A stretch of DNA of 64,000 nt from Takakia lepidozioides (GCA_030704615.1 CM060733.1:14880001-14944000), one strand, 5' to 3'; counted from the first letter of the stretch, positions 37,514 to 51,472 are shown. Notes: generated by a model from the sequence alone, not told the origin. Made by a program: numbers and translations.

Positions 37514-38828
37514 CCCAGGCTTCTCCTTTAATGTCACAGAAGAGAAGAGGCAGTGAGCATGCCTCAGTGTAGAATACATGCCAGGTGTGTACCGTTCACC
37601 CTTAAGTCCTTCATAGCCGAACGCCCCCCCCTGCTGCGCAAGCGCCCACAGGAGGGGGCGACCCAGTAGGATAAGCCGTAGGAGAAGTAATCCCAGGGGA
37701 ATCAGAAGCCAGATGGTGAATGATTCCACTGAAAACGTCCACCCAATTTTTTCAAGTTTGAGCCGGCAGGGTTCGCAGCTTGCTAACTACAGGGTGGGCC
37801 GGATAGCGCTAAGTCCTCCGGGGCACAAAACAGATTCCTCCTCCGAGGGAGTTGCCAAACCAGTGTGTCTGATGGCTGCACACAACTCTCCGATTGCCAG
37901 TTTGAAGAACAGTGCAACACTAGGAGTAGTCCCTCTCCCTCTCTCTCCTTCACATCTCTCCCCCCCTCACCGCCTCATTCAGCACCCCCGTCTGCCTATT
38001 CAATCTCCGTCTTGTCTATCCTCTCTCACTCTGCACCTCTCTCCCCCCGAGCTACCTACATTACGATGCAGTTCATACTCATACCCCTCACATAACAGCA
38101 TCACGAAACCGGCAAACTACAAACTACCCACCTCCCTCCCTCTCACGGTTTAAACGGTTACGACGAAGCCGAGTCGTCCAGCCAACCCGAACCCACCTCC
38201 TCCCCCCCTCTCCCCCTCCTTCACGAAAGAACTCACAACCTCCGTCCCTCCATCTCTCTTGTCTGTCACCGCACCATCCAGCACCCCAGTAACGCATGTC
38301 AGGCTGTGCATTCCTCGCTTTAAAAAGCCTCACAGCGCCACCCTGTCTGTTCCCCTTACTCTACCAAGTTACTACTTAGCAACCCAGGCCCCACCCCTCC
38401 ACCATCCACTCCCTCTTCCTTTCCATTCACTCACCCTCCTCCCTCCCTCCATTCCCTCAACTGCATTCCCAAAGCAGCCACAATCTACGTATCTCTGATC
38501 GCCCTCCCCGAATCCCTTGCAATCCAGCAATCTCCCTTTGTCAGGATTCCCGGCCACTGTTCTCCACTCCCTTCCCGAGGGAGATTATTCCATATTTCAA
38601 GTTCAAGATCACCGGCTGTACCGGCTACAGCCGGTAGATCCCAACCCATCTGGTTGAACTAACCAATATTTGTACCTCAATATTTGTGTGGTGGGTTGGT
38701 GGGTCTTGTTCTCCGCACTCAGGCCCACACCTACCCTTTCTCTCTCAATTTCTGGTGAGAGATCCATCCGTCCCCATTATACGGAAATCCGTTCGTTTTT
38801 TTTAAAAGTCTTTCTCATGGAGTTCTCA

Positions 38829-39092
38829 TGTTCTAAGATGTTCCACATATCCATGGGAGACAAGACTTTGGTCTATAAAAGCCGGCGTAACCAAGAGCCA
38901 CTCGAGAGATGGGGGTACTATGCAAATATCAAGCCACAAACCTCAGTATAACTGGATCTCATGAGGTCGAAAGACCACCCCACGCCATAGGGAATCCACA
39001 CTACGGCGCCATAGCTAGGCGCGGTGAGGCTCAACTCGAGAAAGATGAGCCTCCCGCGCTTGCCGTGAAGATAACCACTCCAAGGCCTGACA
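38829..39092. mobile_element. Solo-LTR-like dispersed repeat sharing ~115 bp with 8757-8870
   Basis: CACCCCACGCCAT.GGGAATCCACACTA.GGC.CCATAGCTAGGCGCGGTGAGGCTCAACTCGAGAAAGATGAGCCTCCCGCGCTTGCCGTGAAGATAACCACTCCA is near-identical at both sites. Candidate TG...CA ends and a TATAAAA, but no clean TSD. Confidence 0.5.
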
Positions 39093-41572
39093 TTGCAAGG
39101 ATGTGAGCCCAGGACGCATATTGATGTCGACCTACATATACCCCATGCAAGTATAACGGGGGAGAAGGGTTTGAGCCGACGACGCATTTGGAGGTAGACC
39201 CACATGTAACTTACTCCATGCAGCTGGGGATCTCAGGGGGATTTCTATTCTATTCTTTTCTTTTTCAAGCAAAACAAGTGACAACTAAGTTAACTCTTGT
39301 TCCGACCGGTTTACACTCTGTTCCGGAGTGATGTGATTGATTCAGCGTTGATTGATCCGGATATTTGATTCTCCTGCATTGTGGCTGAGGGTCAGGAAAT
39401 TTGCAATTTTTGATTACCGGAAGTTGCCAACTTATATCCAGAACAATATAATAAATAAAATAAAATAAATAAAATCTCAAAATTGGGGATCATGAGGGGA
39501 GCGGAGTATATGATGCCCAGCCCAGGCTGACCGGATGTGACCGGCGACTGCTGGTGGGGTGGCGGCAGCAGTAGGGCCGGTCATTAGCTTTTCGTTGCGA
39601 ACGGGACAGCAGGCGCCCCCTCATTGCCTTGCCGGCGTATCGCTACCGGAACCGGAAACTGCACACAATGGCGGGCCATGCTGGATGTTAAACTACCATT
39701 TACTCCAAACCTTGTGCGCGGAAGGATGAGAAACTGCAAGCTTCTGAGAACTCGCGTAGTGTCTGCAAAGTCCACTGCGCATGTGCGCTCCTGTTACTCA
39801 ACGCAAATGGACAGCGATTTGGACGGATCTGCATCATACGCCAGACATTCATCCATCAACGCGAGCAGGACCAAAGGAACGGGATTTGCGGGTGGGGGAC
39901 GGTGGCGTATGGGGCAGGCCGCAGCGTGTCTTGTCCAACTCTCTACTCTTTCCATTATATATACATCTTATTATATATATACATGGGTCACACTAGACGT
40001 AACGAACTTTCAGATTTTTTCCCCACTCGGCTACCGCTGGTGGTGGGGCTCATTTCGGTAATCCGCTAAACTCGGAGGCTTACCCTACACATCCTATATC
40101 TATGTAACCATATATATATAGGTCAGGGGTGATATCCCCACTGTAAGCCTTCACGGCCCCAAGGTGGTTATTTTTTTACTTCTTCTAAATTTTTTTCCAG
40201 GGCCTCTGTCCCCTGTTCTAAAATATAGATATAAGAGCCTGGGTGGGGAAGTTTCCCCCTGCAAGTAAACTTCCGCATCCTCGCAGTAGTTTGTTTTTCA
40301 CCTTTTTCGTTCATTTTCAGGGTTCCCCTTTTTACAGACCACTCAGAAAAAGCCTCTTCCCCTCTCTTTATATTATATATATAAAAGAGGGAGGAGAAGA
40401 GAGAGAGAGAGAGAGAGGATGAATATAATGATCATTGATTGTGGCCTGCTATCAAAACTGTATCCAGGTTTGGCTGTGTATAGTAGTTTTGATGCAAGAG
40501 TTATGTTGCCAGAGTGTACAATCCAGTTTACCGTAAAAAATCTCGGCAATTCGTGTAGGGGTGATGGCCTAATTAAGCCAGCGACAGCTGGTACGCTACC
40601 ACCATTCATCCGTCTTCTTCCATCGTTCAATATTTGGTGTGACCCAGGCTGCATAAGAGAAGCTACAGGGAGGACAAATATGGGGTACATACAAACCTTT
40701 GAGATACTCAACCATACAACAACATTGGTACTACCAAGGTGATGCATTGCATGGTAGTTTGTTACAGGAACTGAACAACCTAAAAGGCAACTCGAACATA
40801 GAAATGGTATTTACTTTGCACTAGTGGTCGTACCTGGCTGGCTCGAAAGAGCTAGAGACCAGAGTCCACTAAAGAAAGTTGAGCTAGAGTTTGCAAGAGA
40901 AAGAGAGATCTGGTGGGTCAACAATTAGCCACTGCTGCTTCCGTGACGGACGCCTACAAGAGACCACGCCTCCCAGAAGAGTACAAGAAGATGGTTGGTC
41001 CTCCCTCAAGAGATGACCTGACCCCAATACAACTATTAGTGCCTACACCGAAGAGACCTCTTATCTAGCCTTATTGGCCACTTTGATGTGTACACCCCAA
41101 TATCAATGACCACTATGATCTTTTGAATCAAATGAAGCACTGCTTCTACAGTTTTCACAAGCTACTCAAAAGACTCTGGCTTGATGACCACGAGTCAAAA
41201 CTTTCCAAACCCCTTCACATCATCCAACCCCGCAGTGGCTTATGGGGCCTTCCTTGCTACTACTTTGCTGCACCCTTGATTCTCCAACGAATGCAACTCA
41301 AGGACCAACAATACATATGACTGACTCTGAGCACCGAACCTTCTTCACCAGAGGAACACCGGAGCTTCCTCAGCCATACCTCCAACCCTCCCAAAAGGAG
41401 GAAAAACAGAAAGAAAAGAAACCGCCTCTCTTTGCAAAGCTTTTGGCCTGTAGGAAATAATCCTGTTGTAGTTTCAGAAGATTGAACCAATGCGTTGCCT
41501 ACCATGCACCCCAGTCCTGCCTGACTCTCTTGGATACAACCAAACTTTCCAAGGTTCATTGGCGAAATAGCC

Positions 41573-44158
41573 CTATACAACTTGGTAACTCTTGACCACC
41601 AATTCTGTTCGTTTTGCGAATTTGACAGGACTTCCCGCTTGTGGCCCTTGTGCCTGTGTTACGCTTGCCACCTGAAATCACACATGAATCCCAAACACAT
41701 GACCCTTGGTGTTTCTATTCACAACCATACAGGTGGAACAGTGCTGAGCCAAAAATGACAAATGGTAGTGCGCCACGTGTTACACATCATGCCATGGAAC
41801 ACAGAGGAGAGGAGCATAAACAAATAAAAAAGAGTGAGGGAAACTACGCCCCCACCTCTAATGTAGAACACACAAATCAGGGCTTCATCAAAAAAGTGCT
41901 GCAAGGAGTCACAAACAACGGTTGAACAGAATATACCTTCACATCACAGAAGGTTTTTGTTGCACTGAACTTCACATCGATTGGGAAAAATGCACCCGGA
42001 TCTGCCGCGGGCACAACAAACTCCATGGATCCACTGAAGAAGGCAAAACCCAAGAAACAAGATTTAGAGAGAATGTAGTACAAAAACGTCCTGGGGAAGA
42101 CCTGATTTTGTCGAGCATCGCAATGAAGAACAGCTACAGATCTGACTCTTGAAAAAACACAGGTGAAAATTTTGAATAGAACACGCCACTTACTTGAGGT
42201 TACTGTTGTCAATCAACACATTGGACCACTCCAAGATTGACCTCCGAGAGTCATACCTGCAACCGCAATCATGCCCCGCAGTTGCATCAATCATTCTGAT
42301 GTACAGAAGTGATGAATCAAGAGAACTGTTTACTATCCACCTACAGGAAGGCAATTACGTCAAGATCTACGGGGACTCACCTCCACTCTCCATCTACTTG
42401 GTTCACTGTCGGGGGATCACGAAGGGCCGGCAACGGGATTTGAATCACAACGTTTTGAAGCTCAAATGTCCTAGACGCTTCATACTCGATGTTGATGTAT
42501 GATTCTCCACCTGACACTGAGGGCCAGCAGTTGACTGGATTCCAACCCGCATCACAGATCTCCCCAGATGAGTTAAAGAAACAACAACCCCCAAGAATGA
42601 TACAACGGATTGGCCTGTCCATGGGAATGCATTTCAGCATCCCACTCATACCAATTGAGGATTCTCGAGACAGTTTCAGACTTCCAGAAGCCACAGGCAT
42701 GGGGATACTGTAAGGCACACCATCCCTGGCAACAACCTTCAAGTAACTGTATTGCATAACCCAAAGCCAACATCACCGAGAACTAAATCTGCTATGGATT
42801 GCCTTGGTCATCAACCTATATTTTGCAGTAGAGAACACTGCAAAACATCCAACCCTGGAGCCAAAGGGAAGATCTGAGTAGCTACAGGGTATAAAAATGA
42901 GCATCTGAGTGGGAGATCCTTCTTGCTAATATCTTCTCATCAAGCCAAATTTCTCAAGAGGCCAACGTGGCTGAAGTAAAAGGGCTACCACTCTAAAAGG
43001 CAGAGGCAAACTTAGGCTCAACAGTGATGTCAGAGAAAAGGCAGGTGCCATCAAGAAAATTGACTTCTCAGACATGCACAAAAACCTTCCCATGCGTCTT
43101 CCTACTACTCAAACATATGCATACTTACTGTTGAGGGGCACCAGAGATTCTTGCTTGCTTTGCATGCGCCACTTCAAAACACCCAGAGCAGTGCCTGTGG
43201 GAAATGGTTTACTGGGATCCTTGAGGCCCAGAATGTTGTTATTAGAGTACAGTTTTTTATCCATATTCGGGTGTGACGTAAAGTGGAAACCTTTGTTGGC
43301 ACCAGACTCCACCTGCAGAGAGGAGCAGCAGAATCAGAACAGCTCCAGGGATGGCGAAAATCCAGAATTCTTGCCACTGACAGACCTCAGGTACAACATT
43401 TGTCCATATCGAAGATCCAAAACTATACAACCAAAGAGAGTGGAGAAAGAAAAAGAAACATGTTACATCCACAGGAGCCGAAGGACCCAAGCCACACCAG
43501 TGGAGAGAGAGAATGTACTCATAGGACGTTGTTTGCCAGAGCCTTGTGGCATTGACCCCGTGCCCAGTTTGAGCAGAACACAAAGGGACAGAACCTACCT
43601 TGGTCAGGGGCTGACGCCGGTAGTAAGACCTACTCTGGAATAAACAATTGAACCGGGTTTTCCAGATATCCTATAGAGATCCCTTTACACAAGCATCAAC
43701 CTGCTGTGTGTGGTTCAAAGTTGGTAAACAACGGTACAGGCACAATTCCCTTGATAGATTTGGAGAGAGCGTCTCTCTGGTGAGCGAACCCCAGACAATG
43801 AATCAGAAAATGAATATTGTCTTCAGGTTGCCCACACAACCGGCGATTGCACTCTCCCTCTCCTCTCGGCTTCTGTCTGCTGTTCAAAGGTAGGCTTCCC
43901 GCCCTGAGTTTAAATTTCAGTCTAGTGCCGAGAGTGAGTAGACCCTTGAGGTCATCCATGATGTCCTCCCCCATGTCACAGACTGGAAACACGTTCAAGG
44001 AAGTTTTCTGCCTAACTTCATCACTCGAGAGAATGTACTCATAAGACGTTGTTTGCCGTAGCCTTGTGGCCATTGACCCCGCGCCCAGTTTGAGCGGACC
44101 CATTACTTGAGAGAGATTGTACTCATAAGACGTTGTTTGCCCTCCATTACTTGAGAGA

Positions 44159-44194
<36 letters not shown>

Positions 44195-47100
44195 CCAGTA
44201 GCTGCCACTCAGATAGTTCACCAACATCATCCCATATGTACCTGAACTTGAATGTAGGCATCCTTTTCCTCTTGCACAATAAGCGACATGGTGCCCTGGA
44301 CTTCCAAATTCTCAAGACCTCCATCCTTCTTCAACACAACAACAAGCTTTTCTTCCAAGCCAATCATGATGGGGTCGGTCATTACAGAGGCAGCTGATTT
44401 CAATGGGCCAGAAAGCATTGGTGACGCATCTTCTATGATGACCTCCCCCTCTGCCTTCAATGATTCTAGAAACTGGTTTGTCTTTTGGGACTTGCCCAGT
44501 TTCATGCCGGAACCTTTGGAAGGAGCTGCCGCTGTAGTTGCACCCCGGGCTGTGATGCAGAACATGAACCTATCAGAGCTCAAAAAAGGTTCCAAATAAA
44601 AGTTTCCAAGAATTGGATCATTAATCAAGCCGATGGATAAACCCCCAATTAAAAGTTCGTGACCCAAAACCGGCAGGTAACTCACAAAGAGAAATTACCT
44701 ATCCTCATTCATTAAACTGCAACGCTCACCTAAAAAGAGTCATAAATCCTTCAAGTCAGTATAAGACTCTGCAGAAGCAGGCTATCACATCTATTACTGC
44801 TACCACCCAGAAAACCAGTGAAGTGGCTATCTAGCAGAAGACTCGCAAAGTGGCCCTCCTTGTTTCATAACTGCTTGTACCGAGAAAGATGTGCAGAAAA
44901 CCTAAACTTTCAACAAAATCTGCAAGAGCAGAGAGGTAAGCAAACGGTGAACCCGGACTGTTCTTTTTTTACGTACACTCTTGAAGAATATGTATGTGGA
45001 CAATGACATACAGGAAGCAAATTGTATTTTAAAAACACACCTAAGAATTGTGCCATTATAGTGCCCGACCCTAAAGAACTGCAATAATGTGCAGGTAGGA
45101 TTCAAACAAACCTTTGGGCTTGAAAGCATCCGAATCTAAACCTGGCGCGAAGGACGATGAGTTGCTCCCAAAGCCACCACCCCCTGAGGAAGATATTTCG
45201 CTAAACCCATTGTCAAATCTGATAGGCCCTGTAGATGGCATGGAGGTGTAGCCTCCCTTCTCAGACCTCTGCTTGTCAATCTGCACCATGTGAACAATGA
45301 CCGCCATTGTAAAATTAGATTTCTTTCGCCTGACAATGATGTTACGTTTGCAAACAAGGATACACCTAATTAAATCGCTGGAAACTGAAGACTTCTCCCT
45401 CACCCTCACCAATACAGAACTGCCCCATAGGAATAATGTGACTCACAGCACAACAATTGCTTCCATGCTCCTATGAGTTACTGTAGCAGGGCACACTCAA
45501 CTACTCCCTCGTCAAGCTGTGCGTGCCCTACTCTGTCTGAGACTATTACTCCTCAAAAAATGGCAGGCCATACGTTTATAAGGGCTGTCATACGACACAA
45601 GTAACTATCACGATAGTCTAGTCCACATCTTAGTGCAGGCCGTAGCTATGACATCTATCTACATTTTCATGTCCCCAATCATTCGCACCACCACAACATT
45701 ACTTACCTTACTCTTATCTATCTCATTTGCCTTGCGCTTCATCACATCTTTCGTGTCGTTGATCTTGCTTTCCATGATAAGATTGTGCATTCTTTCTTCA
45801 TGACTTTCCATCTCCACATACTGCTTGACTTGAGCAATAGTGACATTCTCCTTATGCCCCAGAGAGATCACCTGATCGAATGCAAAAATGATCTCAAACG
45901 CCATTTTGCAGATACCTTCTTCATCAATTGCAGGAACATACTCAGGTACCTGAAGTAAGTTAAGGATGAACAATGTACCCCAAAAAGGGAAATACACGGC
46001 AATGAATTACATTCTATCCAAATCTGATTCATCTGAGTGTATTATTCACAAAGAACCAGGAAATTTGACTTCCCTGGGGGAATTGATATCCTTGAAAGGT
46101 GTGGAGAAAGTGTTTTGCAAAATGATACAAAGGAAACAAGTAGACATGAACAAACTCCTGAATGTGAGGATACAATTTTTGATAGCATGCGTAATGTCTC
46201 GAGATCGTCAAGGATGTTGCTCTGCTTGTTTGTAACAAGAAGAAGATAGAGTGTCTCCATCGGCTGGTACACATATCGAACATTCTGTGTCTCCACATAA
46301 GTATGCTGCTTGCCACTGCCAACAAGCTTTGGAAATGCTGCAAGTAACCCCTCGATTCGTATTCTAGACATGTCCACAAACTGCCGGGAAACCAAAGCTG
46401 CATCAAATCCAAAGTCACCATAAACAACTTCAACGTGATTGCCTCACACAATTACTCACAGTCAAGGGGGAAAATAGTGGTGCAGTTGTCTCCAAGGGCT
46501 AACATCACCTTTGTGTGTTCAGAAGAACACTCTTAAGTCCACCTATGAGATGCCACCAGATAAGTAGGGCCTGGCATTGGTCAGAGTAGACTTGCACAGA
46601 TCTCCAATTCTCACACCAGATTCATATTTACCCTTGGTATCAACACAATCTAAACAGGCTCACTCATTCAGCTCTCTAACTGAAAGTCGATTGCAGTGTG
46701 TGAATCAGGGTGATCTGGTTTCAGTACAACAGATGTGGACATTTCCAATCTGCTCCCATGGATCTAAAAAAGATACTGGCACATAACCAACGAAACCCCG
46801 AGGGTACCAATCTGGATGAACCTCCAGATGCATCAGTTCTACTATATCCGAATCTGGTGTAAACCCTAAGATCTCCACTTGATAAGAGGGACTCTTTGCG
46901 AAGAACCTCCAACAAGAAGAACCGTTAAAAACCATATACACATTGTATCTGATATTACTTCAATCACACAGTAGAAGGTCTTGGCGAGACAAGGTATAGG
47001 CAGACAAACAAACGAAGACATTTCTCACCTTTCCCGGTCTTGCTGATGATGGAAGCCGCCAGCACCACCTGGCATGCACATCAGGAGCTCAAGTACGTGA

Positions 47101-47223
47101 AACAGAAGGATCTTGAGGCTCAGAACAGCGAGAACAAGAAAGAAAAACGTGACACAAACCTCAACCGAAGTTGAAACCTCACAGAAGAGACAATTAGGGA
47201 AGGTAAGAGGATGCACATACCAT
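41573..47223 (-). CDS. Coatomer subunit delta (delta-COP/ARCN1 orthologue), ~11 coding exons
   Basis: ATG-only first coding exon (47223-47221, ATG|GT), then [97 protein letters not shown], ending ...SYQVV* at 41573. Confidence 0.95.
43503..44027 (-). mobile_element. 5'-truncated LINE fragment (C-terminal CCHC-like region, 3'UTR and (CT)n tail) in a delta-COP intron
   Basis: [17 protein letters not shown]...[22 protein letters not shown]...R resembles the C-terminal CCHC region of APE-type LINE ORF2 (RTEX/L2-like). It is followed by the shared 3' motif ending TATGAGTACATTCTCTCTCTC. Confidence 0.7.
44028..44192 (-). mobile_element. Two further stacked LINE 3' ends plus a (CT)n tract
   Basis: Copies at 44028-44100 and 44110-44145. 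CCATTACTTGAGAGAGA is duplicated at 44100-44116 and 44144-44160. Confidence 0.75.
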
Positions 47224-49006
47224 GATGCCAGGCTTCAATGTCCCCCCCAATCAAACACCCGGTGGGGGCACTGCCGATCTATAATGTGCCCCTGCCTCCT
47301 GGCTATCTATGTTGCCGCATTTCGCCACTTCCTCTCCAACAATCTCCAGACTCCTCAGTCACCTCCACAGTATCTCAAAAGAGCGGCTTCCTTCACAAAG
47401 ATAGCTTCTTCTCTTTCATTTGTTGTTGATCTTTGCACCACATCAGAAAGGAGCTCAGATCATAAGTATGAATAGGAGAAGACGACGATCTGCCGCGAGG
47501 CACGCACAACACAAGCGCACTCCAGCGATGGCCTCCCGAGTCTGCTTCTGCTACTGACGATGAGCGTCCTTAGGGTCTCGCGGGGTGGACCCCGCCCTCC
47601 TATGGCTTCACCCGGTACAATATCGGGTCTCTATTAATAAAGATAAAATAAAAATAGATCAGTGATCCGAAAATATTCGGATGTAACTACTAATAGCCAG
47701 TCGCCACGCGGAAGACTACCGGCATCGTCCCTGTGGCGCCACCTGCTACAGCCGGTTATGTAAAAAGAAAAAAAACCTATGGGTGAAAAATAGGTAGGTT
47801 TATCATCCAGTTGGCATATTTCATCCGTGCGGGTGGGTCGTCTCTCTCCACTGTTATAGTTCATCAGAGAGTGGAGAGGTTTACTTCGGTGACAGTCTAT
47901 CTGTGGGTTTCGAAGACTGGCGAGGTCATGCAAGAGAAACCACTCTTGACATGGTGGGCCCTGACACCTCAAAAAGGCGTTTCACCAGTACTTTGGTTGC
48001 CAACTTGTGGCTCCAAACTGGATGAAGCCAGTGCATCAGCGAGGCAACCTGAAACCAGAACAGTGCCTCCTCGCTGAAAATGGTTGCTACTGGTACTAGG
48101 TCATCTTGCGCTTACAATGTATGTTACTAATTATGTTGCTTCACACATCTTGGATTTGTTGTATGATCTGTCAGGCCATGATTTCCAGTAGCAATACAAT
48201 GTCTGAGCAATCGATCTTCTTTATTAGTCCCTCCTTCAAAACCATGTCCCCCCTTCTTTCCATTTTTATGTTTGATTTCCTTCTCCTCGCAGTTCCTCAG
48301 TTATGAAGACAGTTTTGCTCTTTCAGGTCATACACTTGAAAGTTTCCAAAGTTGTTCGGGGGCTCACAACGAGTCTCCACTGTTGTGGTCACAGTCTCTA
48401 CCTAGTAGTCATACCCGCATGTAAAGGTGAGGATGGGGAGACAATCTGGATAAAGAAGTGGTGCAGCCTGCTTGTGGGTGCAATTGTTTCCAAATTTCAT
48501 TTTTGTTACTTGGCCAGCTGCACAGGAGGTCAATCTAACAAACTTGCTCACTTGAAAGATTGATAACTGGGTTGGACAAAACAAATGGGTGCTAGCACCA
48601 GTTTGATGTATACACCCTCTCGGACACCAACCTAAGTCATTTGTAATCTACTACTGACAGTTATGGCACACTTGGAGGGAGAGTCGGAATCTCCCATCAT
48701 ATAGGATAACTTGGTGAAGTCCAACAAGCTGTGTCATCACAACTGGAATTGAGAAGTTGACTTTGCACTCACTCTGTTTGAAGCTTACCTCAAAGTATTT
48801 CCCACATAAAAGTTATATCAGAAAAAATAGAGACTGAAAACATATCATATAGTTACAAAGCTTAAAACTGGAAGTATGCAGGGCATGAGAAGTGCCCCAG
48901 CGAAGAGATCAGTTTTATTTAAATTAAAGGTTGACCTTCTACCCCACCCAGAAAGGGTGCAAACCTAGCAAGGCAAAAAGATCCACAAAAATGGGTGAAG
49001 GATTAG

Positions 49007-51226
49007 TTATGGGTCCTTTGCATCAGTTGTGTCATCAATAGCCGGTTTCTTTCCAAACCAGCCTGCAACAATGGGAGTAAGAGCCACAGTTGGGGGAAAT
49101 CGGATTGGAGACGCTGCCTTGTGAGCAGCATAAGCCAAGGCAAATGTTCCCACTTTTCCCCCTGTCTCACCCGTGTGAATCCCCACCTGTTTGAACACAC
49201 AAGCATCCAATTCAGTAAAGATTTTGCCTTCGTTGACTACCAGCCATGACCGGCAGCTTCTTCATCTCCTGTTAACATATGGCCTTTATGCGCCCCAGCA
49301 AGCAGTTGCCTATTATTTCCTCTAGTAACCTCTTTACTTGGGGAAGACGTATAGCAAACATCTCCTAAACATGACAGCTACAGTGGGGTTGAAATGAGCT
49401 TCAGAGAAGGAGAGGGCTACCTTCTCAAGCACAGAAGGAACATCGACCCCAGATTGGACTAGGACATAGCAAAGAGCGAATGAGACCAGGGACAGAGCGA
49501 TAGATGTTGCCAAATAAGCACCACCATAGCGAGCCAGAAGCTCTTTTGCTTGATTCGTCTTCTTTTCCTTTGATCCATCTTCAACATCATCTTTTGAAGT
49601 GAAAATCTGCAAATCAATGAACCATAACTTTCTGAAGAGCTGGGTGAAATTCCATTCCAAATATCCCTGACGTAATTGTAAATGACAGTACATACAAAGA
49701 ACATATCAACATTTTCACAGAATGAATCGTGGTGCCGACCAAGGCCTAAGAGTGTTCCAGGCAATGACTCTCCGGCACGCCCCAGGGGCATATTTGGAGC
49801 TGGTCTCTCTTTGTCCCTTGTGCATATTGCAAGCCTGCTCCCTGCTTGAAGCTCTACATTTTTTCCTCTGATCAAATTCCACCACAGAACATTGTTGGTG
49901 GCACCTACATGACCACTTCCTGAACTCCAGTTTGGACACATCAAATAATATAAGGGAACCTTCCATGGATTTAGTGTGCATCCATCTGCCCAGAAGGGTT
50001 CCCGGTTTCCACCAGTAATGGCTATATCACAGGCAAAAAAGACTTCCACTTCCTAGCAAGCCGAACGACCTTGCTCCCTAAGGGGGGTGCTTTGCAAACG
50101 AACTTTTAGCCCAAGGCCATGTGCAGAGGAAGCCTTGGCACCCCCCCTTTAATTTTGTAAGTCTGTTATGGCAAACCAGGGGAAGAAGTATGGGGGGTTG
50201 CAAGACCTCTCTACATCACCTTTTGCCCCCTGAAGAGTCTGTCCAATCAGTTAGTACAACAAGAAGTGGGGATGAAGGGGGAAGTATGTTCTATCATATG
50301 ACTAGTCAATCAACCTCTATTTGCCAGAAATTCATAGGTTAGCGATGGACTAAACCTGTGCCTGCCAGCAATCAGCATGACACTCTCAGACCTGTCTTCG
50401 TGATGACGACACAATATAGGCATTTCCCATTCAATCAGTACGTATTACTACTTTCTCAAACACATTTCCTCTCAGATCAGCACTCATTTGGTTTGCAGAT
50501 TGTTCGGCAAGGACGGAAAGGAAGGTCCACCACTAGATGCGATCGACCTTACATCTCCATGCTTACCCAGACCTGCAATTAAAAGACGGATCTTCAAGTT
50601 GGATGACAGGACTCCGTCAAAACTCAATACCCTGTAAGCAGATTATCCTGGGTTATCTGCAAGGCTATGGACACTGAATTTGACACGCTAGCGACTTAAA
50701 ACCACATGAATGGCTCTGAGCAGAGCCTTTCAGTATCCCCTCGATGCGTACCTTCTCTCTTCCTCCTCCTCTGTCTCTGCAGCTTTCTATCATGCAAACT
50801 TTTTAGCGATCTCAGAGCACTAGTAATTTCAAGTAATAGAATATCCAGGTCCAGTGTGTCGAATCTCATATGCACGAGCACAGGGTTTTATGGAAAATAG
50901 AGAGAGAGGGATAAGGTTGAAGCGCCTACCTTCCAAAGGCCAGCCTCCAATCCAAATTTGAGAGTAACGGTTTCCACATCTGCATCCTTCTCTCTCTCCG
51001 TCTTCAACTCCTTCTCTTCTGTTGCAGCACATCTAATTTTTCTGCTATGCAACCGCCCGGAACGCAGCCCTCTACCTGGCCTGGCGAGGTTTCCACTGGA
51101 AGAACAAAAGAAATCAGCAGCAGTGTGAGCACGTCCAGAGAATGCCGCTGGTGGCGAGGAGCGCTTGTCACTCATACACATCCCGCACACGCTGCTGCCA
51201 CTCAATAACCACACAGCCTGGGCCAT
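49007..51226 (-). CDS. DUF1279/FAM210-family protein, probably plastid-targeted, 3 exons
   Basis: Exons ~51226-50930, 49606-49421, 49186-49007. Motifs: KFGLEAGLWKIF, AKELLARYGGAYLATSIALS, GEKVGTFALAYAAHKAASPIRFPPTVALTP (third read as GGKVG here). Confidence 0.9.
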
Positions 51227-51472
51227 AGCTGCAGCTCAATCCAACTCCTCTTTCTCTCTCTCTCGTCACATTCCCTAAAAATACGGATTTCCAGGTACAT
51301 CTCCCACTCTGCCGCCTGTGTGAATTCCCTGAAACTATCCCTGATCTCTGTGTATCGTTGCGTGTGTGTACAAAGCTGGTGTTGTGCGTTTGAAGGCTCC
51401 TACACACGCCACGTCCACGGGACTAAACCCGGATGAGGGTTTATCCGCTCTACATTCCTGTTACTAGTTTGA

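Noticed and set aside
38955-38980. Hammerhead-like CTCATGAGGTCGAAAGACC
   Set aside because: The core reads CUCAUGA rather than CUGAUGA, no GAAA follows the GGTC/GACC stem, and no stem I could be formed.
40740-41400. Possible decayed retroelement downstream of delta-COP
   Set aside because: No recognisable domain in any frame.
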